DNA of 40,357 nt from a virus: IMG/VR virus record IMGVR_UViG_3300045988_095878, positions 1-40,357 of that record. One strand, given 5' to 3'. The notes beneath the pieces are model-generated. The model did no database searches, had not been told where the DNA came from, and saw only the letters and a list, made by a program, of their open reading frames with translations. Position 1 is the stretch's first letter. Each line of letters opens with the position of its first letter. Shown in pieces: positions 31,608 through 40,357 of the stretch. The position numbers were made by a program, and so were the translations under genes.

Positions 31608-32153
31608 TCAGGTGGTCGTGGTGGTCGTCGCGGGCTTGACGGTCACTTCGCCCCAGCCCGGGCAGCAGGAGCTGTTCGGGACGACGAGCTTCGTGAGACC
31701 CTGAAGCTGCGCGACCTGCGCCTGGATGCAGCCGACGGCGGCGGTGTTCGTGCCGTTGTAAACCGCCTGCTGGAGATTGATGCCGTTCTGCTCTTCCTTG
31801 TTCGAGCGAACCTCTCCGGCAAGATCGAGGATACGGCTTTCGAGCTTGGAGTAGGCGTCCGTGATCTTGCGGCTCGTCTCGTCCTGCCCGCGCCAGTAGG
31901 CGATCTCCATGTCCTTCTGCGCGATGGTCTGCGCCTGATCGAGTTCGTAGCGGCTGACCGGCGCGTCGTCTCCGCACTTCTGCGCCGCCATACCGGCAGC
32001 GAGACCGGCAACGGCAGGGACGGCAGCCGCCGCCGCGTTGTTCCCCATGCCGCCGAAAAGATTGCTGAGACCGCCGTTGAGCAGCCAACCGGCCGTACCG
32101 GCGATGCCGAGACCGAGGGCGGTCCCGCCCGTAGCTTTGGATGCGTATTCCAT
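31608..32153 (-). CDS. Gly/Ala-rich membrane-associated coiled-coil protein (181 aa) with a C-terminal CC..GWG and poly-Thr tail
   Basis: RBS aggagg lies 9 nt before the ATG. TALGLGIAGTAGWLLNGGLSNLFGG...AAVPAVAGLAAGMAA is followed by a coiled coil, and the protein ends KPATTTTTT. Confidence 0.6.
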   Translation of the reverse strand: MEYASKATGGTALGLGIAGTAGWLLNGGLSNLFGGMGNNAAAAAVPAVAGLAAGMAAQKCGDDAPVSRYELDQAQTIAQKDMEIAYWRGQDETSRKITDAYSKLESRILDLAGEVRSNKEEQNGINLQQAVYNGTNTAAVGCIQAQVAQLQGLTKLVVPNSSCCPGWGEVTVKPATTTTTT

Positions 32154-32212
32154 ACAATGATTCCTCCTTAAAAATTTTCACCGTAGCGCTCCGGCTAAAG
32201 AAATCATCGCAT

Positions 32213-32247
32213 AAAAAGAGAGAGCCGCCCTGTCGGGAAGCTCCCTC
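32213..32247 (-). terminator. Intrinsic terminator after the small sigma-r4-like gene
   Basis: The minus strand reads gagggagc-(14 nt)-gctctctc-ttttt, with one G-U pair. Confidence 0.55.
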
Positions 32248-32268
32248 TTTCGCTGCGGGAAACTGTCG

Positions 32269-32466
32269 CTAAACTCTCGCCATTTTGGCCTTGATGCACC
32301 GGATCTTCCGGTTCACCGCCGATTCGGACAGGCTCAGCGCCATGCATACCTCGACGATGCTCTTGTCCGATACCCGGAGATCGAATACCTTTCGCTCCAG
32401 CTCAGTAAAATTGCATTCTCTCCGGAAGTGCTCCGCTTCCGGGCGCGTGAGATTGTTGAACTGCAT
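32269..32466 (-). CDS. Small sigma-70 region-4 / LuxR-type HTH protein (65 aa), possible late-gene regulator
   Basis: FTELERKVFDLRVSDKSIVEVCMALSLSESAVNRKIRCIKAKM. ATG 32466 lies 5 nt after aaaggag. Confidence 0.6.
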   Translation of the reverse strand: MQFNNLTRPEAEHFRRECNFTELERKVFDLRVSDKSIVEVCMALSLSESAVNRKIRCIKAKMARV

Positions 32467-32573
32467 AGCCGCTCCTTTCGTTCGGAGCGCCTCGCGGTGG
32501 CACACGCTGCAAGCGTCACGCGGCGCAAATCCTGCGCATTATCCCGCTCCCCGCTTATCGCGGGGAGCTTCTC

Positions 32574-35500
32574 TTACCTTGAACTCGGCAGCTTGCCGTG
32601 CTTCAAAAAGTAGTCCAGCGGGCTGCCCCCCTTGATGGTGATCGTCCGGTTGCCGTGCTTGATCACGGTGTCCACGGCTTTCTCCGTCGCCTTGCGGATG
32701 TCCGTTCCGCCCGACATCTTCGCAAAGTCCGCGATGGCGTTTCCTTTCGTTCCGTTGGTCGAGACCTTCGCCTCCGGAATTACGTTCTTCGCCGCCTTCG
32801 GCGCGGCGGGAGCCTTGAGCGCCTTTGCCTTTCTGCTGCGCCGTCCGCCCCTGCCGGAGCCGCTGCCTCCGTTCCACGGCTGATACCGCAGGCTGTTCTC
32901 CTTGTACCCAGCGGCAATGTACAGCGCGTCCTTCTGCTCGGCGGGAATGTCGAGCGAGTTGATGTACTCCACGACCTTTTTCTTCTTTGACCCGGAAATG
33001 CTCTTGCCGTTCTCGTCCTTGTCGGCGTGCATATCCTTCGTGGCGAAATAGTAGTCGTAGTAGGTGTCGTAGCTCACGCCCTTACCGTAGGCGGTGCGTG
33101 CCTTGTCGTACACGTCCGAGCTGTACGTTTTCAGCGCGTACTCCGCGCCGAAGATCTCCCGGTTGATCTCGCGGTAGACGATGGCGTCCATGCGGCTCTC
33201 CGCCTGCTCCTCTGTGATGTCGTACTTCTCAGCGAACTCCGCAATGGCGGCGTCGTTGTCGGAGGAAAGCTCCGGATGCTCCTTGAGATACTTGTTCACC
33301 GCCTCGCGGTACGGCTCCGACTTGGCGATGATCTCCCTCTGCCGCTCAATGAGCTGCGCCTTCAAAGCGCGGACGAGCCGGTTCTTTTCGCCCTTGGAAA
33401 GCGTCTTGTCGTTCTGTATCTCGCGGATCTGCGCGTAGTAGTCGTTCACCGTGTCCCCGGCGTGGGAGACATACCGCCGCGTGATTTCCGCGCCGAGATC
33501 CCCGTCGTTCTTATCGTACTTGAGATCATCCAGCAGGTCGTAGTACTCGCTCGTCACGCGGTTGTTGCTGGTTGTGTCGATGGTGAACGCCGCCTTCGGC
33601 GCAGCGAGCAGCGGGTGCGACGCGCTCGTCGCCGGCGTAATGTGCGGCAGGAGGATGTCTCCGATGACGCCGGAGTACTGATCCAACAAATAATTGATCT
33701 TCTTCGGCGACAGGTTGAACGTTTTTCCGATCCATTTGGAAAGCTCGTCCGTTTTCTCGTCGTACCGCTCGCCCGGTCGGTAATTCTGCAATCTCTCGCT
33801 CTCGATGTTCCCGCCGTACCACGTCGTGCCGGGGTTGTCCGAGTTGAGGAGCTTTGTCTGCGTCCACGCCGTCGCGATGTTCTGATTGAAGATGTCCGTC
33901 GGGGCGACGTTGCTTTTGATTACCTCGAACACGTCGGAAAACTTCACGTCTCTGCCGTTGAGCTTCTCCTGCCCGTACACCGCGGCGGTACTCAGCACGG
34001 CAATGGCGCGTCCCTTCGGGATCTTGATCCAGTAGCCATTTCCCCATTTGATGAGATAGTAGTTCGCTTTCGTGTTGGCGGGGATGTCGTCCCACTCGTC
34101 ATCGTCGCCGTGCATAAGACCGTTCAACAGCAGCGGCGGCAGATTGATAAGCGCCGCTTTCAGAATGAGCGTCGCAGCCGCTTTCACGTCCCGCCGCTGC
34201 ACAATGTCCGTGGCGTTCCGGATAAATTTGTCGAACCCCTGCACGGACGGGTTGAGGAACGGCACAAAATACCGGTTGAGCGCCTTCGTCACGGTGCCGC
34301 CGCGGGCAAAGTTTGTCGTGATGTCCGCCGCGCCCAGCATCGCCTCCATCAGGTCGTTCTGCGTGAATTTCCCGGTTTTCACTCCGTTCACCGTCTTGCT
34401 CCCGCCCTTGTTGGCGAGGATGGTCATAAACTCCGCAAGACGGGGCGCAGCTTCGATTGCCTGTCCGAACGACTCATATTTTGCCCACACCTTCCCCGCA
34501 AGGCTTTTCGGCTCCTTCACCATGCCGGTCGTATAGTCCAGCATGGAGGCGTAGGAGCCGCCCAGCGCCTTGTACTGCTGCCAGATTTCGCCGTTCCTTG
34601 CGATCTGCACAATCGCCACCGGGTACATTTTTTCCCACGTGGTCCAGTCCGTGGAGTAGAACCCCGCGTCCTGCCAGTCGCGCACGGCGTTCCGCACCAT
34701 GAAAAACGGGTTGTACCCTGTGCAGAGAGCCTTGAACAGGTCGTTGAGCTTTTTCAGCCCCTGCGCCACGGGGAGATTGCCGTATTTGTCCGGCTGGAAC
34801 GCATTCAGCGCCTGCGTCAGCCCCTCGTCCATCGTGATGTCGTAAACCTTTCCGTCGCGCTTCACCGAGAAGATGTTTTGGAATACCGGCTGGTAATCCT
34901 CGTCGCTTTCGATGACGGCGTCCGTCGGCGTATACTCGCTTTCCGCGACATTCCAGATATACTTTTCCACGCGCTTTTTGTTGCCCTCGTATTCGTCCAG
35001 CAGCGCGGCTCCGAGCTGGTTTATGCCGGCGTTTCGCATCACGGATACCGTTTTCCGGCTCAGTGCGGTGTGCAGCGGCAGCAGCACAGCGTCGTCGCCT
35101 ACAGCTCTTCCTATGGCGTTCGACACGGTAATCCCGCCGTTTTTCCGGGCTTTTCTCCCCGCTCTGCTGTTTGTTCCTTCTCGCAGCGTGGGAACGTAAT
35201 GCGGGTAACGCTTTTGCAGATTCCGAGCATACTCCGCCGTAATGAGTCCCGCTCTGACGCGATAAGCAAGCAGGTCGTCGGAATACTTGTATACTTCCTT
35301 TGCCCATTGCTTGAACTCCGGGTTGGTATCCTCCAGCAGCTTTGCCGTTTCGCGGCTTTCTTCCGCCGTCACTTCGTATCCGAACACGGGCTTCAGTCCC
35401 TGCCGCTCCGCAATGCTTCTCTGCTTTTCCAGCTCCAGCACATACGCGGCGGCGGTCGCAACGGACGTTATCCTGCGCGGCTCGCCCTTGTGGGCAGCAA

Positions 35501-38500
35501 GGAACACTTCATGCGCCTCCGCCCGCACGACCGGCGAATCGCCGTCATATTCCACGATCTGCCGCAGCTCGTTTTTAGACAGCTCCCGGAGCTGGGGGAA
35601 TTTGTCCTTCACCCATTTAAGATTTTCTTTGATTTTCGCTATCTCCGCGGAGTTGTCGTACATCATGCGGTCTACGTTGTGCATATGGTAGAGATACAGC
35701 TGGAAATCCCGATACTTTGCCTCATTCTTCCGCATCGGTGCAAGCGTGTCCGCAAGACTTGATCCGATCTTGTGTCCGTCGATGTCGGTGCGTGCGCCGC
35801 CCTTGGTGATCCAGTTTCCCGCTCGCTGCGAATACGCCCCGGCGTTGAAGTAGTAGCCCTCCAGACTTTTGTTTCCGGTCGCCTTGGCGATCCGCCGCAC
35901 CGTGTCCCCGGCGTTCACGAACATCCGCATAGCGCCGCTCGAAATGCTCTCCATATTCTCCCGGAAGCTCTTCGCCGTCTTTGTGACCTCGGTAGTGATC
36001 TTCCCTGCCGTTGCCTCGTCCGTCGTGGCAGCTTCCAGTCTTGCCGCCGTCCGTTTTTTCTCCTGCTCGGCGGCAGCCGCATCTTCGGAATCTCCGAACA
36101 GCTCGGCAATGCGGGCATCCTCCTCGGCGGTTCTTTCCGCCTCCAGCTTCTTCGCTCTCTGGAAATTTTCCTCCGAGAAATTTTTGTTTGCCTGTGCATC
36201 GACGTACTCTGCGGCGTTTCGTGCCGCCACTTCCTTCAAGGGGCTGGACTCCTTGTATATCTGCCTCCCCGCGTGCTGGATCGTCGCGGTATGATTGACG
36301 CCGAGCGCGTCGGATTCCAGCTTGACCTTGTACACGGTCGTCCTCGGCTGATCCATTGAGATCGGCGCTGCCACTTCGGACTTTCCGCTGCTCATCAGCT
36401 CGCGGTATACCTGCCCCGCACCCTTGTCCGGCGCCGGGCGTCCATACCCGCGGTTGGCTCTGGCAAGCGTCTCGTCCTTTCTCATCAGCCGGGCAGCTTC
36501 CTGCCGGTCCTGCTGTGCCATCTTTCGGAACCATTCCCGGCGCTTGTCGGCTTCGTTCTGCTCTTCCACCTCTACGCTCGCCCGCCCGGAAGAAGCCTTC
36601 TGCACCACACCTCCGAGCTCGCTTAATTTTTTCCCTGTAATCTTGACACCGTCTTCGGCATATGCTATATTGCCTATAGAGCCATACGGTGGTTGGCGTG
36701 ACGGGAATTGTACCCTGAGCTGCATCAGCCACGTATCGGCTCTATTTTTGTTTGTGTCAAGGTACAAAAGTTCCGAGTTGTTGATCAGGTTTTGCAGGTT
36801 TCCGACAGATCTTCCGTAAGCGCTCGTCACGAGGGAAAACTCCGCTTCCGTCCTTCCGCCCGGCTTTGGTGTTAGCTCCAACGCGACCATCAGATTGTTT
36901 CCGTTTTTTGCCTTTTCTTCGCTCAGCAGCACGATGCTGTCCGACCGGGTAAGTGACTTCATAATCAAAACCGGGTTTTCGAGAATATCCGGAACCTTTT
37001 TGATGACATCCGCGGTTACTTCCGGGTGTTCCTCAAAGATTGTCCCGATCTTGCTTTTCCGCATATAGATGTTGTCCGTCCTTGCGCCGATGCTTTGCAG
37101 CGCCTCGGATGTCGTTCCCACGCGGAAATAGCCCGGCGACGTACTCAGCGCATCCACCGGCGTATTCTTCACCCAGTCGTCTACGTTCTTCCCGAAGTTC
37201 TCGTCAATGCTGTAGCTTGTCGTGTACCCATCCGCAAACACGGTATCCGCGTCGCCCAGATCGGGCGGCGTTTTTTTGCGCTCCTCGGCGGTCATCCGGC
37301 GGCGTGCGGCGGTGTCTCTCGCCTCGATCTCCCCGGCGGTGTTCCAGTAGAACTCTTTCACCGCTTCGCTCGCGTCGCCGAGAATGCGGTCGTACCGGTT
37401 CAGCTTTCCGAACCATTCCTTTCCGTAAAGCTCCCTGTACAGCTCGTCCGAGCGCTTCTCCAGCTCGTCCATTCGGCTTTCATCGTAGAGCACGGAGCCG
37501 TCGAGCATCGCTCCCATCTCGCGTTCAGTGCTGCGGTACTCGTCGTACAGCGCCCGATCCTCTGCGCTCAGACCATGGAGAAGCCGCGCCCGATTATCCC
37601 GATATTTTTCCGTCGCTTCGTTGTAGGTCGCCTCCCGGTTCCAGTATTGCGGGCTTGCGCCGCCGGTAAAGCCTTCCGTATTCTGTATGACGTGCTGGAG
37701 CTCGTGCAGTACAACGTCGGTCTCTTCCCCGAACAGAGAATCGCTCAGGATGATCGTGTTGTCCCGCTTGCTGAAATAGCCCTTTTGTCCATCCGGCAGA
37801 GAGTCGAACCTTACTGTCACGTTTTTCAGATCGGGGTATGCTTCAAAGAGCTTCGGATGGTTTATATACTCTGCCAAAGATAAATCATTTTTCCCCGCAG
37901 ACGCGCTCATTTTTCCTTCCAGCGCTGCGGCGAAGTTCTCAAACTCGTCCCCCAACACATCGGTCAGCTGCTGATAGGTTTTATCGCTGAACTCACCTCT
38001 TTCTCGCTGGCTTACGTACTCTCTGAGCATTCCGCGCTGTTCATTCGTTAGCCCGTCACCCGTGAGATTCTTGAACCGCGCCGTGTATTCCCGCAGAGCC
38101 TGAGTTTTTTCACGTTCCGACACGTAGGCTTTCCGAGTTTTCATCCCGGAATCGTCGATTTCAAAGCGCCATTTGCCGTCTCTGCCGCGATACCAGCCCG
38201 TTTCCTGCCGGATGGTCTCATTGTCCGTCCCGCTCTTTTCCAGCGCTTCTGCGCGGCGCAGGGCGGCGCTGTCGGCGGTTCTGGCGTTGATTCCCGCCGC
38301 ACTCGCTTTGCCCGGCGGTCCCGTCGTCTCCTGCTGCGTCTCGGTTCTCTGAGCCGGGGCGCTTTTTTGCGTCTCGGCGCGGATGGCGTCGCCGATCTCG
38401 CCGCGACCGTAGAAGAAATTCAGCCCCGCATAGGCGTCCGCCGCGATCTCCTCGGTGAGCAGCCGCTCGATTTCGTCCACGCTCATGGTCTCAAAATCAT

Positions 38501-40357
38501 AGATGCCCGCGTAGGCGTCCCGGTAGCTCTCATACATGGCGTCGTACTCCTCGGCGGTCATGCTCTCGCGTACCACGTCGTCCGCCGTCCGGATCATCTC
38601 CTCCGTGGCGTTTGCGTGGAAAAGCTCATGCTCCGCGATCAGCGCCGGGGAGACGGCAAGCCCGCTCCCGGTTTTCGCGTCCACGCGGAAATATACCCTG
38701 CCGTTTTCCACATAGCCGTTCACCGCCGTGCCGTTGATGAACATCTCGCCGCGGAACGCCACCGGCTCCATTCCGGCGGCAGTCACCTTGTCATACGCCG
38801 CCTGCGCTCTGGTGTCGAGCCGCTGCGCGTCCACGAGCGTGATCGTCTCGTTCCCGCCGCCGCGGATGCCGAGCTGCGCCGGGGTTACTTGCCGTAGATC
38901 CGCCTGCGTGTACGCTCCCACGCCTCCCGGAATTTCTTTTCCGCCGCCGGCGAGAGCTTGCGCTCCTGCTTCGGCGGCAGCTTGTCCGCCGGCGCGGAGA
39001 CCAGCATACCCGTTTTCTCGTCCCTGATAAGCGCTCTGTCCATTGTTCAAATCTCCTTCCGTATTCTGGATTTCCTGCGCGGCAGCCGCGACAGGCGACT
39101 GAGGGATTGTCGCTTCCTCTCTCTGCGCCGTATTGGCGGCTGTAGGCGCGTTTTTTGTCTGGGCAGTATAAGTACTCTCCTTCGCATCGGAACGCGCTCC
39201 TGCCTCCATCTGCTGCGTCATATACGCCGCAGCGCGTTCCATGTCTTTCCCCGTGCCGACCTTTGCCCGGAGTTCGTCCGCGTTCTTCGCGTCCACCAGC
39301 TCCGCCAGTGCGTACACCATGCCGGGGTCATCCGTTTTCGCGTCCCGCATCATCCGAACGACGTCCTGCGCCGTCGTGTCCAGCTGCTCCGCCACATAGT
39401 TAACGTATTGTTTATTGCTGTAGCTCTGTACGGTGCTGCTGCCGACGGAAGCAAGTGCGCCGCCGAGGAAGGAAAGCCCCTCCTGTCCGAGAACGGCGGC
39501 GAACGTCGCAAGCTCCGGGTGTTCCTTCTGGAACGGCGTGCCGTTCTGCTTGTAATACTCCAGCATCTTGGGAATGCCGCTCTCCTGCGTGCCGAAAAGC
39601 GCGTCCACCACGAGGTTTACCGCGCCGTTCGCCGCGTCCGACATCACTTCCTCCACGCCCTCCGGAGCCATAGCCAGCAGCACGCTTTTTATGAGATTCG
39701 TCGGGTTCTGTTTGAAGATTTTGATCGCCCACTCGCCGCCGACGGCTTCCGAGGCAAATTCAATGGCGCCGCGGGTAAGTCCGAGCGCGAGCGCCCCCTC
39801 GTTGGAATAGCCCTTTTCCTTGCTCTCGGCAATGGAGAGGGACGCCACCTCCGAGGACATCGCCAGCGAGCCGATGACGTTCGTCGCCGACATCAGCGCA
39901 GGTCCGGAAAAACCTGCCGCTTCTCCGAAGCCTTTTGCGACCAGCATATTCACAGCGCTGTCCGCGGCGCTCATCGCCGTGTTGTAAACAAAGCTGCCGA
40001 CCTTGCCGCCGAGACCCGGGTTTGTCTCCTCGATGTGTGATGCCGTGTCTCCGCGCAGCTCCTGCGTGATGTTGCTCGGCTGTCTCCACTTGGAATACGG
40101 ATTGATCTCCTGCCCGCGCAGCGACCGGACCGCGTCCTCTCCCATGGCGATTACGCTTGTCAGATTCCGCACCGGCTGCGCCGCAACGGTCATGGCGCTG
40201 GCAAGCGCTCTCGTCCCCGCGTTCTTGCCCAGCGCTTCCACAGTGCCGCGGTTCGCTCCGGAAAACCACTGCTTGTCCAGCTCCGGCTCGATGTCGCTCA
40301 GAAACCGGTTGGCGGCTCTTCTGCCCTGCGTGGCGTAGAGGTAGTTGTATACGCCGA
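32574..40357 (-). CDS. Main body of the giant polyvalent-type virion protein; about 2,761 aa in total after joining to 1..601
   Basis: The frame is uninterrupted. Two HExxH motifs are present (HELFH 38616-38630, HELQH 37692-37706). There is an LPD-like WYRGRDGKWRFEIDD, a GEIEARD motif and a MuF_C-like segment (about 36747-37139). The track start at 40241 is an internal GTG. Confidence 0.85.
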   Translation of the reverse strand, partial: GVYNYLYATQGRRAANRFLSDIEPELDKQWFSGANRGTVEALGKNAGTRALASAMTVAAQPVRNLTSVIAMGEDAVRSLRGQEINPYSKWRQPSNITQELRGDTASHIEETNPGLGGKVGSFVYNTAMSAADSAVNMLVAKGFGEAAGFSGPALMSATNVIGSLAMSSEVASLSIAESKEKGYSNEGALALGLTRGAIEFASEAVGGEWAIKIFKQNPTNLIKSVLLAMAPEGVEEVMSDAANGAVNLVVDALFGTQESGIPKMLEYYKQNGTPFQKEHPELATFAAVLGQEGLSFLGGALASVGSSTVQSYSNKQYVNYVAEQLDTTAQDVVRMMRDAKTDDPGMVYALAELVDAKNADELRAKVGTGKDMERAAAYMTQQMEAGARSDAKESTYTAQTKNAPTAANTAQREEATIPQSPVAAAAQEIQNTEGDLNNGQSAYQGRENGYAGLRAGGQAAAEAGAQALAGGGKEIPGGVGAYTQADLRQVTPAQLGIRGGGNETITLVDAQRLDTRAQAAYDKVTAAGMEPVAFRGEMFINGTAVNGYVENGRVYFRVDAKTGSGLAVSPALIAEHELFHANATEEMIRTADDVVRESMTAEEYDAMYESYRDAYAGIYDFETMSVDEIERLLTEEIAADAYAGLNFFYGRGEIGDAIRAETQKSAPAQRTETQQETTGPPGKASAAGINARTADSAALRRAEALEKSGTDNETIRQETGWYRGRDGKWRFEIDDSGMKTRKAYVSEREKTQALREYTARFKNLTGDGLTNEQRGMLREYVSQRERGEFSDKTYQQLTDVLGDEFENFAAALEGKMSASAGKNDLSLAEYINHPKLFEAYPDLKNVTVRFDSLPDGQKGYFSKRDNTIILSDSLFGEETDVVLHELQHVIQNTEGFTGGASPQYWNREATYNEATEKYRDNRARLLHGLSAEDRALYDEYRSTEREMGAMLDGSVLYDESRMDELEKRSDELYRELYGKEWFGKLNRYDRILGDASEAVKEFYWNTAGEIEARDTAARRRMTAEERKKTPPDLGDADTVFADGYTTSYSIDENFGKNVDDWVKNTPVDALSTSPGYFRVGTTSEALQSIGARTDNIYMRKSKIGTIFEEHPEVTADVIKKVPDILENPVLIMKSLTRSDSIVLLSEEKAKNGNNLMVALELTPKPGGRTEAEFSLVTSAYGRSVGNLQNLINNSELLYLDTNKNRADTWLMQLRVQFPSRQPPYGSIGNIAYAEDGVKITGKKLSELGGVVQKASSGRASVEVEEQNEADKRREWFRKMAQQDRQEAARLMRKDETLARANRGYGRPAPDKGAGQVYRELMSSGKSEVAAPISMDQPRTTVYKVKLESDALGVNHTATIQHAGRQIYKESSPLKEVAARNAAEYVDAQANKNFSEENFQRAKKLEAERTAEEDARIAELFGDSEDAAAAEQEKKRTAARLEAATTDEATAGKITTEVTKTAKSFRENMESISSGAMRMFVNAGDTVRRIAKATGNKSLEGYYFNAGAYSQRAGNWITKGGARTDIDGHKIGSSLADTLAPMRKNEAKYRDFQLYLYHMHNVDRMMYDNSAEIAKIKENLKWVKDKFPQLRELSKNELRQIVEYDGDSPVVRAEAHEVFLAAHKGEPRRITSVATAAAYVLELEKQRSIAERQGLKPVFGYEVTAEESRETAKLLEDTNPEFKQWAKEVYKYSDDLLAYRVRAGLITAEYARNLQKRYPHYVPTLREGTNSRAGRKARKNGGITVSNAIGRAVGDDAVLLPLHTALSRKTVSVMRNAGINQLGAALLDEYEGNKKRVEKYIWNVAESEYTPTDAVIESDEDYQPVFQNIFSVKRDGKVYDITMDEGLTQALNAFQPDKYGNLPVAQGLKKLNDLFKALCTGYNPFFMVRNAVRDWQDAGFYSTDWTTWEKMYPVAIVQIARNGEIWQQYKALGGSYASMLDYTTGMVKEPKSLAGKVWAKYESFGQAIEAAPRLAEFMTILANKGGSKTVNGVKTGKFTQNDLMEAMLGAADITTNFARGGTVTKALNRYFVPFLNPSVQGFDKFIRNATDIVQRRDVKAAATLILKAALINLPPLLLNGLMHGDDDEWDDIPANTKANYYLIKWGNGYWIKIPKGRAIAVLSTAAVYGQEKLNGRDVKFSDVFEVIKSNVAPTDIFNQNIATAWTQTKLLNSDNPGTTWYGGNIESERLQNYRPGERYDEKTDELSKWIGKTFNLSPKKINYLLDQYSGVIGDILLPHITPATSASHPLLAAPKAAFTIDTTSNNRVTSEYYDLLDDLKYDKNDGDLGAEITRRYVSHAGDTVNDYYAQIREIQNDKTLSKGEKNRLVRALKAQLIERQREIIAKSEPYREAVNKYLKEHPELSSDNDAAIAEFAEKYDITEEQAESRMDAIVYREINREIFGAEYALKTYSSDVYDKARTAYGKGVSYDTYYDYYFATKDMHADKDENGKSISGSKKKKVVEYINSLDIPAEQKDALYIAAGYKENSLRYQPWNGGSGSGRGGRRSRKAKALKAPAAPKAAKNVIPEAKVSTNGTKGNAIADFAKMSGGTDIRKATEKAVDTVIKHGNRTITIKGGSPLDYFLKHGKLPSSR
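39092..39109 (-). repeat. Partial (3' half) copy 4 of the two-hairpin repeat, inside the giant gene
   Basis: caggcgactgagggattg is identical to 2132-2149. It is translated as IPQSP in the same frame as in the portal. Confidence 0.7.
40259..40357. repeat. Terminal direct repeat, second copy of 1..99
   Basis: The 99-nt sequence is identical on direct reading. Confidence 0.9.

Noticed and set aside
32574-40357. The giant ORF as a tape measure protein
   Set aside because: It has HExxH and MuF_C-like modules, lacks the long uniform helical/Gly-rich tape-measure character, is not flanked by tube, chaperone or distal-tail genes, and follows the portal instead.

Overview
The window is a complete, GC-rich temperate tailed-phage genome, about 40.26 kb once the overlap is removed. 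It was linearised inside its largest gene, because bases 1-99 are identical to 40259-40357. Nearly all genes are on the minus strand. They form four blocks: an early/regulatory block (25.5 to 16.9 kb: HNH-like proteins, HTH proteins, ASCH, PcfK-like, PcfJ-like, DUF3102-like); HUH Rep, TerS and TerL (16.7 to 13.5 kb); a morphogenesis/lysis block (11.9 to 0.6 kb: scaffold, decoration-like, Mu gpT-like capsid, XhlA-like, holin, adaptor-like, nozzle-like, fibre, GH25 endolysin, portal); and a giant polyvalent-type virion protein of about 2,761 aa that wraps across the window ends (601..1 joined to 40258..32574). I saw no tape measure, tube or sheath genes, so the virion is probably podovirus-like. 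Two plus-strand islands look accessory. The first (12.25-13.5 kb) is a palindrome-embedded consensus promoter driving two acidic small proteins and an RHH regulator, inserted between terL and the scaffold gene; it is a candidate anti-defence operon. The second (25.6-30.7 kb) is the lysogeny module: a CI-like repressor, a membrane-anchored Mrr_cat nuclease inserted with a duplicated repressor 3' end as a scar, an Abi_2 protein, a membrane-anchored HTH protein, and a zinc-ribbon tyrosine integrase. It ends in an attP that carries the 3' half of a tRNA flanked by arm-type repeats. A two-hairpin repeat of about 50 nt with compensatory stem changes occurs five times and supplies C-terminal codons to several ORFs. 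All functional calls rest on motif recognition by eye; no searches were run.
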